Positions 47,796 to 55,449 of a stretch of DNA of 64,000 nt are shown here, in pieces. The stretch spans positions 1,338-65,337 of the forward strand of contig JAVBPM010000027.1 of assembly GCA_031549605.1 (NCBI GenBank), read 5' to 3'. The position numbers and the translations under genes were made by a program. Source of the stretch: Oscillospiraceae bacterium (GTDB taxonomy: Bacteria > Bacillota > Clostridia > Oscillospirales > UBA929). How positions within the stretch are numbered: the stretch's first letter is position 1; each line of letters starts with the position of its first letter. The notes under the pieces are model-generated. The model saw only the letters and a list, made by a program, of their open reading frames with translations. It did no database searches and was not told the origin of the DNA.

Positions 47796-49475
47796 ATGTT
47801 AAGTTTGATATCACTTGGAATTAACATTGGACATGATCAGGGTGCCGCAGTTGTAAAAGACGGCATTTTGGTTGGGGCAATCGCTCAAGAAAGACTAAAT
47901 AGAGTAAAGCATTCTGCTTCAACAACATTGCCATTTATAGCTATAGATAATCTACTAGATTACTTGGAAATAGGTATTAACGAAGTAGATTGCATTGGGT
48001 TCTCTTCTACTGCTGTTAATATCAATGAATTAAATTCTTATGTTGCTGATAGTCTTACAAACTACTATGATATTAATGATCCACATATCATTCCTGTATC
48101 ACATCATCAAGCTCATGCAGAAAGTGCTTACTTTACTTCAAATTTTGATGAAGCAATAACGCTTATTGCTGATGGTGGCGGTGAAATGTTAGGCGTAAAG
48201 GAAGAAGCAGAAAGCATATTTTACTGCAGAAACGCAGAGGTTACATTAATGGAACAACGTTTGCAAAGTAATAATGTACATGCTTTTGCTCGTCCGCACA
48301 ATTATTTAATCCCGTTTATGAACAAAAAACAATTTAGTGAACAAATTAGCCTTGGTAAAAAATATGAACAGGTAACTAGTTTGCTATCTTTTGGCGCAAA
48401 TGGTGCTGGAAAGACGATGGGCCTTTCAGCCTATGGGAAAAGTTTAATTAGTACAAATGCAGTTCCTGTAACCGATCCATTGGCTTTCAATCTTGATTTT
48501 CAAGATATTTTGCAACCATATTATTCATTGTACGAGCATTCTGGGGAGAATTACTTTGATTTCATGAAAAAGCATCAAGCAGATATAGCGAGGACCTTAC
48601 AAGATTATACAGAAAATCAAGTATTAGAAATCATTGAATACATACTGTCAAAGTACAAAGTATCACAAATCTGTTTAGCCGGAGGGCTGTTTCTCAACTG
48701 TCCTATTAATCACAAAATTTTAGAAAAGTATCCACAAGTGTCATTGCATATCTGTCCTGCTGCAGGTGATGATGGACAGGCAATGGGAACTGCATTAGCA
48801 GCGTATAGAACAGTCTCTTCAGATCTATATCCGAATTCATCCTGCCTACCGTATCTTGGTATAAGTTATACAAATGCTCAAATAGAGCAAGCTATAAAAT
48901 CGCGAGGACTACATTATCACTATTATGATGATGTAAGTATTGCGAGTCTTGTAGCAGAAAAAATATATAATAACAAAATAATCGGATTTTTGCATGGGAG
49001 AAGTGAAATTGGACCAAGGTCATTGTGCCATAGGAGCATACTTGCTAATCCAACTGTACCAAATATGAAAGACTATATCAATGCAAAAGTAAAGCACAGA
49101 GAAAATTTTCGTCCATTTGCACCAGTGGTTGCTGCAGAAAAACAATTTGAATACTTTTCTTTATTACAAGAGTCGCCGTATATGCTCTTGGCAACTACTG
49201 TAAAAGATAAATTTGTAGAACAATTACCTGCAATAACCCACGTGGATGGAACTGCGAGAATTCAATCGGTTAAAGCCGAAGATGATCCATTTGTACACCG
49301 AATACTTATTGAATTTGAAAAACTCTCTGGATTTCCAGTATTACTAAATACTTCATTTAACGATTGTGGAGAGCCTATTGTAGAAACACCAAGTGATGCA
49401 ATAAAAACTTTTCTGACTACAGAAATAGATATTCTTGTTATGGAAAATTATATATTATTTAAAGATGAACAATAA
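47796..49475 (+). CDS. NodU/CmcH/TobZ-family carbamoyltransferase
   Basis: Motifs GINIGHDQGAA, HHQAHAESAYF, ICLAGGLFLNCPINHKI, FRPFAPVV, HVDGTARIQSV and LNTSFNDCGEPIV. The true start may be TTG 47805, because the SD AGAGAGGA abuts ATG 47796. Confidence 0.85.
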   Translation: MLSLISLGINIGHDQGAAVVKDGILVGAIAQERLNRVKHSASTTLPFIAIDNLLDYLEIGINEVDCIGFSSTAVNINELNSYVADSLTNYYDINDPHIIPVSHHQAHAESAYFTSNFDEAITLIADGGGEMLGVKEEAESIFYCRNAEVTLMEQRLQSNNVHAFARPHNYLIPFMNKKQFSEQISLGKKYEQVTSLLSFGANGAGKTMGLSAYGKSLISTNAVPVTDPLAFNLDFQDILQPYYSLYEHSGENYFDFMKKHQADIARTLQDYTENQVLEIIEYILSKYKVSQICLAGGLFLNCPINHKILEKYPQVSLHICPAAGDDGQAMGTALAAYRTVSSDLYPNSSCLPYLGISYTNAQIEQAIKSRGLHYHYYDDVSIASLVAEKIYNNKIIGFLHGRSEIGPRSLCHRSILANPTVPNMKDYINAKVKHRENFRPFAPVVAAEKQFEYFSLLQESPYMLLATTVKDKFVEQLPAITHVDGTARIQSVKAEDDPFVHRILIEFEKLSGFPVLLNTSFNDCGEPIVETPSDAIKTFLTTEIDILVMENYILFKDEQ

Positions 49476-49477
49476 AT

Positions 49478-52400
49478 TTACACACCAAAGGGTATATAAA
49501 AATCGGTAAAAGTATCGCGAACCGAGTATAGAATATCTTTACCTACAAATAACAATCTACCTTTTTTAACTGATTCATAGTTTTTCTTAAATACGTCTAT
49601 ATTTCGCTGGCAAGAGTAGAAGCAAGATTTGTTTTTATCACACTTGAAATCACAAGTCCCATTACTTCCGTAGTATTTAATTTCACTTAGGAACTGATAA
49701 ACTTCACTTTCCAATCCATATTCGCATAGAAAAATAGCATAATTTGTAAGCAAAATAATATTGTTATAAGTAAAATCAAGTGCTCCAAGAAAAAATTGAT
49801 CACACTGTCTCATATGATGAAGCATGGTCTGAAAGTATTTATAAATTGTTTCTGATGATGAACCGTCGCTGGCAGCGATTATTGCACGAAGGCAATATAA
49901 TGACGGCATCATTTTAGCTATCCCGTTTTGTATACTGTCGGATATTCCAGCGTCTATGTGCTTTTTTGCTTGTTCTCTTTCCTCAGTACTGTTTCCAATA
50001 TAATAAATCGCAGCTAAGAGGTAATGACTACGGATAATAGCTATCGGGTACTCTACTTCCATGGCTAATTCAAGAAGTCTTTGCCCTTCATTTTTAAAAT
50101 AATTTAGTTTATCAAATTTAGTAGAATCATTAACTATGTTTGCTGTTAAAATACCAAGATCATTGTGACAACTAATTCTTGGTGATACATCTGATGAAAG
50201 AAGCGCTTTTGCTTCATTCATCAAGGCAAGAGCCTCTTGAAAATCTCTATAAAATCTTATTTTAGCTGATAATATTTTACTTAATGTCAATAACTTTGCA
50301 TCTTGCAACCGTTCAGCAATCTTGTATGAAAGCTGATTATAAAGCATCGCTAATTCCTTATGGTTTTCTTGTATATACACGCTAGAGATCCGGTCAAAAA
50401 GATCAAAACGTGTTTCATCATTAAAAAGAGCTTCATCTTTACGCTCTTGTGCAAGAAGTTCCAACAATAGTTTTTTTGCTTGTGATATACGGTCTGATTG
50501 CATAAACAGATGTGCTTGCATTTGCATAGCTGTTAGATGTAATGGCATATCATTTGCATGATGTTCTTTTATTATTTCTAGTATCTTCTCTATGACAATA
50601 CCACCACGGGCAACAGATAAGCTGTGTAAAGCGATATACATACTAGCTAATAATGTGTTTCTTTGAAGATTCAAGTTATTATTTTTAGAAGCAATTTCAT
50701 AAATAGTCTCGTATGTTTCAAAATATTTAGGAGTTAAATTGCATGAAGAAATATTTTTTATGTTGCTAATTTCAGTAATGGCTATTTGTAATAAACTCTC
50801 GCTTCTGTGAAAGTCGCCAACATGAAAATAAATTACTGCTTTTTGTAAATCAGAATACTGCTCTAATAATTCATTGCAAGAAACAAGGAAATCAGCTACT
50901 TTCTCAATTGTATTTTTAGATTTAAGAATTTCTCTTATAAACAAGAAAATATTTTCATGATCAAAAGTGATGTTATCATTATGAGTTATCTTGAGAAAGT
51001 GCCTTTTGTATAAAATATTAATGGTTTCAAAATTCTCATCCCCAAAATACAAATTATAAATTCGTTTGGGAGCTTCAATTCCATATAAACCGAGTAAAAG
51101 CAAAAATAATTGCAAATCTGTTCCGTTTGTCAAATCTGCAATGTTATCAAATCTTGCTCTTATTAAGTCCTGAACAGAAGAAGGGATGTATAATTTCTTC
51201 GCAAAAGTTGTTACATTAGTTATTCCCACTGCATTTCTGTTCATCAAATACATTAATTTTGTCTCCAACATATATTCTATAAATTGGCACACATAAAATG
51301 GATTGTTTTCAGATGCTTTATGAATCTTATTTATTACATATTCAGGTGCTTCGATAATTATTGACCGAATCATATTTTTACACTCAACATCAGTTAACTT
51401 TTTAATTTTATAGTTATTAATATTTTCGTTTTTCTCGTTTTCTAGCCATGATAAATAAGTAAAATAACTCTGATTGTAAACGCTATAGTCGTCCCGACCT
51501 GCAGTAATAATAATAAAAGGAGTATAGAAATTACTTGTCGAGAATTTCTTCAACAATGAAAAAAGGCTTTTATCTGCATTATGTATATCCTCAATAACAA
51601 TAGCATATCGGTTAAAATGCATTGGAATATTCGTTAAATCTATTAGAGCTCTTAATTTGTATTGCGGGATGCTATCAGCAATATAAGAATTAAGCAGTTC
51701 TTCGGTAGATTTTGTCTCATGTTCCGTGCATATAAAGTGAAATATCTTAATTCCACTTTGAGAAATTTTTTTACTCGCTTCATCTAATATTCTTGTTTTT
51801 CCAATTCCGGCTTCTCCACGAAGGTTAATCATGTGGAAATTAGTATTATTTTGCCCCCTTGAAACAATACTACTTATTATTTCTTTGTGATAAGTGCCTA
51901 CAAGAGGTGTTTCAAAATCATAATCAACAAAACGACCATTGATTATAATTTTTTTTAAATTTTCATTCAGCATAACATCAACTAAAATATCATCAATACC
52001 ATCAAAATATTCTTTTGTTACTCCGATACATTTGCAAATGCTATTGCCAGCATCTAGAAAAACTTCAAACTGTGTTTCAGATAATAGCCAGTTTCGATCA
52101 GATTTAAGTTGGAATTTGCATATTTGGGGATTTTCCGAATAATTGCGAAAACGCAAATATAATTCTAAATATGGCAAACCATTTCTCTTGCCGTGATTAA
52201 GTTGATAATCAGCCGATAGTTCAAAATGTTCTAGAGGCAAAGCATAATTTCCGAAAAGGGCATTATGAAAATCTAAAAACTTTGCTAAAATAAATTGGTC
52301 TACTAGAAAAAATTCATATCCATTTTCTATTGCATTATGGTTGGCTTCGTAATGCGAAAATGGAACGATGGTTTGATTGGTAATTAAAATGAAATAATCA

Positions 52401-52744
52401 ATTCCGCTATGATTTGCAAGAAGTATATTCTTTGAAAACTTGTCAAGACCAATTTTATTATTATTTGAGCTTTTAAATTCTATGTAAATGCAAATACTGC
52501 TTTTACCCTTTAAATCAAACTTTTTGCCAAAAAGAGAAAAAGGTACTATTGATCTAATAATTAAATCCTTACCACTATCCCTTGTGCGAGGGGTTCGTTC
52601 AATTTTTAATTCTTTTTCATAATATTCAGCTAACGAATACTCAATCACTGATGACACATGCTCTTCAAATTCAAAGCCAGACATATTTAGGTCCCACTTT
52701 TGACTATTAATATTCGGCGTAATATAATTAACGCTACCTAGCAT
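49478..52744 (-). CDS. Mrr-like nuclease / STAND P-loop NTPase / TPR-like repeat protein (Avs-like architecture)
   Basis: GAGGGAG RBS. Residues ~20-160 carry a PD-(D/E)xK pattern (GFEFEEHV, DSGKDLII, IYIEFKS, GIDYFILITN). Walker A GEAGIGKT (residues 310-317) and Walker B AIVIEDIH. About 650 aa of helical repeats, then a C-terminal Cys cluster. Confidence 0.8.
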   Translation of the reverse strand: MLGSVNYITPNINSQKWDLNMSGFEFEEHVSSVIEYSLAEYYEKELKIERTPRTRDSGKDLIIRSIVPFSLFGKKFDLKGKSSICIYIEFKSSNNNKIGLDKFSKNILLANHSGIDYFILITNQTIVPFSHYEANHNAIENGYEFFLVDQFILAKFLDFHNALFGNYALPLEHFELSADYQLNHGKRNGLPYLELYLRFRNYSENPQICKFQLKSDRNWLLSETQFEVFLDAGNSICKCIGVTKEYFDGIDDILVDVMLNENLKKIIINGRFVDYDFETPLVGTYHKEIISSIVSRGQNNTNFHMINLRGEAGIGKTRILDEASKKISQSGIKIFHFICTEHETKSTEELLNSYIADSIPQYKLRALIDLTNIPMHFNRYAIVIEDIHNADKSLFSLLKKFSTSNFYTPFIIITAGRDDYSVYNQSYFTYLSWLENEKNENINNYKIKKLTDVECKNMIRSIIIEAPEYVINKIHKASENNPFYVCQFIEYMLETKLMYLMNRNAVGITNVTTFAKKLYIPSSVQDLIRARFDNIADLTNGTDLQLFLLLLGLYGIEAPKRIYNLYFGDENFETINILYKRHFLKITHNDNITFDHENIFLFIREILKSKNTIEKVADFLVSCNELLEQYSDLQKAVIYFHVGDFHRSESLLQIAITEISNIKNISSCNLTPKYFETYETIYEIASKNNNLNLQRNTLLASMYIALHSLSVARGGIVIEKILEIIKEHHANDMPLHLTAMQMQAHLFMQSDRISQAKKLLLELLAQERKDEALFNDETRFDLFDRISSVYIQENHKELAMLYNQLSYKIAERLQDAKLLTLSKILSAKIRFYRDFQEALALMNEAKALLSSDVSPRISCHNDLGILTANIVNDSTKFDKLNYFKNEGQRLLELAMEVEYPIAIIRSHYLLAAIYYIGNSTEEREQAKKHIDAGISDSIQNGIAKMMPSLYCLRAIIAASDGSSSETIYKYFQTMLHHMRQCDQFFLGALDFTYNNIILLTNYAIFLCEYGLESEVYQFLSEIKYYGSNGTCDFKCDKNKSCFYSCQRNIDVFKKNYESVKKGRLLFVGKDILYSVRDTFTDFYIPFGV

Positions 52745-52818
52745 ATAACTCCCTCTTTTTACATTAGTTGCAATAAACAGTTATCCATTATTTACTGTTT
52801 TTTCAATGATAAACAATA

Positions 52819-52876
52819 GATAATTACAAATTATTTGACCTGTAAACAATAGATAATCTGGTATTATCCTGCATTG
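52819..52876 (-). repeat. 58-bp inverted repeat, right copy (IR-R)
   Basis: Exact reverse complement of 47723-47780. Lies 75 bp upstream of the 1088-aa gene start and 44 bp from the recombinase stop. Confidence 0.95.
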
Positions 52877-52920
52877 GCTTAAACGTGAATAGTGACCCCA
52901 TGAATGAGGCCACTACTATT

Positions 52921-53841
52921 TTAAATAACTATTCGATTTCTAGGATGCTTTGTGTCTAATATCTCTTTTTGCTTTTTTAAACTCACATGTGTATATATCT
53001 GTGTCGTGGTAATCGAGCTATGTCCCAGAATTTGTTGTATATACCTGATATCAACACCTTCATCCAGTAATAGAGTTGCAAAAGAATGTCTAAACATATG
53101 TGGGGTTATATTAAGTGCAATTCCAGCTTGATTCGCATACTTTCGTATCATAAACCGTACAGATTGCTCAGATAGCCTGTTATTACAGCGGTTTAAATAA
53201 AATTGCTTTGCATTATTAACGTCTTTTTCTTCTCGAACTATACCATAATTATCTAACGCAGATAAAACCTCATCATTGCCAATTCTGATAATTCTCTCTT
53301 TCGCACCCTTTCCATAGATACAGGCGGTTTTTTCGTGGAAATTAATATCGCAACAATTTAATGAGCACAGCTCGGAAACACGCATGCCCGTTGCAAAGAG
53401 CAGTTCAAGAACGGCAATGTTACGAATTGTCATTCTCTTTTTATAATCTGTAGAACTGATTGACAATTCTGTATATGCGCATCTAAGGATGGCCTCAACA
53501 TCGGTCAATGATATAGTTCGTGGTAAAATCTTAGGCTCCTGAAACTTAGTTCTAACTTTAGCAAAATGGTCTTCATCAATTATATTTTCAAACTGTAAAT
53601 AATTAAAAAAAGCCTTTAGCGAAGCAATTTTGCGTTTAGCGCTTTTAGGCTTGTATTTTGTATGTAATGTAACAATATATGCATTAAGCACTTCTTTCAT
53701 TGAGCTGCTTTCGGACAGTTTTGCGTGCTGCCTAAATTGTTCAAGATCAATTCGGTATGCTTTAATTGTGGGCGCACTCAACTTCTTTTGATTTGCGCAA
53801 AAAGAAAGATAAGGACGGATTAACGATTCAGTAATTATCAC
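52921..53841 (-). CDS. tyrosine site-specific recombinase (XerC/XerD-like)
   Basis: GTG start after GGGGG. Core-binding N-terminal domain (APTIKAYRIDLEQF). Catalytic ATGMRVSEL, HMFRHSFAT and LGHSSITTTQIYTHV (R..HxxR..Y). Confidence 0.85.
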   Translation of the reverse strand: MIITESLIRPYLSFCANQKKLSAPTIKAYRIDLEQFRQHAKLSESSSMKEVLNAYIVTLHTKYKPKSAKRKIASLKAFFNYLQFENIIDEDHFAKVRTKFQEPKILPRTISLTDVEAILRCAYTELSISSTDYKKRMTIRNIAVLELLFATGMRVSELCSLNCCDINFHEKTACIYGKGAKERIIRIGNDEVLSALDNYGIVREEKDVNNAKQFYLNRCNNRLSEQSVRFMIRKYANQAGIALNITPHMFRHSFATLLLDEGVDIRYIQQILGHSSITTTQIYTHVSLKKQKEILDTKHPRNRIVI

Positions 53842-53975
53842 TTAAAAAACCCCCATAAGTATTTTCTGAACCATTATGGAGGAGTTGTCGCATTTTGTCG
53901 ATCACTTACAACTTGAGATTGCGGCATGCCATCCCGAGCGTCGTATGATTCCTCTTTAGGAAAGTCCTACCGCAC

Positions 53976-54004
53976 TTTACTTGTGCTTGTCTATGGTGTA
54001 TAAT
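53976..54004 (+). promoter_or_regulatory. candidate promoter of the AAA ATPase gene
   Basis: TTTACT-17 nt-TATAAT. Confidence 0.4.
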
Positions 54005-54072
54005 AGACATGTTAAATATAAAAAATGCAGAAATTATTACGTTATCTTCTACGTAAAAACGGGAGGTGTCAC

Positions 54073-55374
54073 TTGAAACGCATATTAAGCGACCAGCTAT
54101 TGTCTTGGAAAACGCAGAGCGACCGAAAACCGCTTATTCTAAAAGGCGTACGTCAGTGCGGTAAAACGTATTTGCTCAAGGAGTTTGGTGAGGCGCACTA
54201 CGACGACGTTGCCTACTTTAATTTTGAGGGCAACGACGCCTTGCAAGCGCGGTTTGATGTTGATTTGGATGTTGACCGAATCATTGCTGAACTGGGTATC
54301 CTGCGACGCAAAGCCATCGAGCCGGATAAAACGCTGATTATCTTTGATGAGATTCAGTTTTGTAACCGTGCTTTGACGGCGTTGAAATACTTCTGCGAGA
54401 ACGCGCCACAGTTTCATATTGTCTGTGCCGGGTCTCTTTTGGGCGTGGCGCTTAGTAAGCCGTTGTCATTTCCCGTGGGTAAGGTTGATTTTCTCACATT
54501 GCGGCCGATGAACTTCTATGAGTTTTTGCTGGCAAACGGCGAAGATTTACTGTGTGATTATTTGAACAAGCTAACCACCGGCGAAAAGGTGTCGGCATTG
54601 TTTGCCGAAAAGCTGGAGCAGTTGCTTCGGACGTATTATATCACTGGCGGTATGCCGGAGGCCGTGGATATATGGCTAAAGACGCGTGACATCGGCAAGC
54701 TGGAGGAGGTGCAGCAACGCATCCTTGACAGTTATGAGTTGGACTTTGCTAAGCACGCACCGAGTAAAGACTTCCCGAAACTGTCGGCGATTTGGCGGTC
54801 AATTCCTGAACAATTGGCCAAAGAGAACAGCAAGTTTATTTTCAGTCAGGTCAAGAAAGGCCTCCGCGCCAAAGACTTAGAGGATGCCTTGGAGTGGCTT
54901 CTGAGTGCCGGACTGGCCTTTAAGGTTATGAAAATTGAAAAGCCATTTTTGCCGCTGTCTGCCTATGCTGACGCGACGTTCTTTAAGCTCTACATGTCTG
55001 ACGTGGGCTTGCTTCGAAAGATGTCAAAGCTACCTGCAGAGGCGTTACTGGCGAAGAGTGAGCTATACACTGAGTTCAAGGGCGCATTGGCTGAGAATTA
55101 TGTGCTGACTGAGTTGGTCAACTTGCAGGGCGACACGCCGTATTACTGGAAATCGGGAAATATAGCCGAGGTCGATTTTGTCGTTCAGCAGGACATGGAC
55201 ATCATTCCTATTGAGGTCAAATCCGAGCGGAACGAACGCGCGCGGTCGCTGTCGGAGTATCGGAAAAAGTATAACCCACGTGTGGCGGTGATTACGTCGA
55301 TGAGTAATGTGTCTGGCGGCGAGGTTAGGAATGTGCCGTTGTATATGTTGTGGAGGTTGGTGGCGTATGTATAG
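54073..55374 (+). CDS. AAA-family ATPase with DUF4143-type C-terminal domain
   Basis: TTG 54073, 6 nt after GGGAGG, gives the family-typical N-terminus (L)KRILSDQLLSWKTQSDRKPLILKGVRQCGKTY (Walker A). Walker B LIIFDEIQ. Confidence 0.7.
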   Translation: MKRILSDQLLSWKTQSDRKPLILKGVRQCGKTYLLKEFGEAHYDDVAYFNFEGNDALQARFDVDLDVDRIIAELGILRRKAIEPDKTLIIFDEIQFCNRALTALKYFCENAPQFHIVCAGSLLGVALSKPLSFPVGKVDFLTLRPMNFYEFLLANGEDLLCDYLNKLTTGEKVSALFAEKLEQLLRTYYITGGMPEAVDIWLKTRDIGKLEEVQQRILDSYELDFAKHAPSKDFPKLSAIWRSIPEQLAKENSKFIFSQVKKGLRAKDLEDALEWLLSAGLAFKVMKIEKPFLPLSAYADATFFKLYMSDVGLLRKMSKLPAEALLAKSELYTEFKGALAENYVLTELVNLQGDTPYYWKSGNIAEVDFVVQQDMDIIPIEVKSERNERARSLSEYRKKYNPRVAVITSMSNVSGGEVRNVPLYMLWRLVAYV

Positions 55375-55449
55375 TGGTGGTGGAGATATTAATTGTTGTT
55401 GCCGTCTTTATTTATCGAAAAGATAAAATATGTAGCTGGGGGAAATTAA

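Larger units (their letters stand above)
47516..53841. mobile_element. AT-rich nested island (IR-bounded two-gene cassette + tyrosine recombinase)
   Basis: Abrupt fall in GC (by eye to about one third) relative to the rest of the element. Carries its own recombinase. The edges are approximate. Confidence 0.45.
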
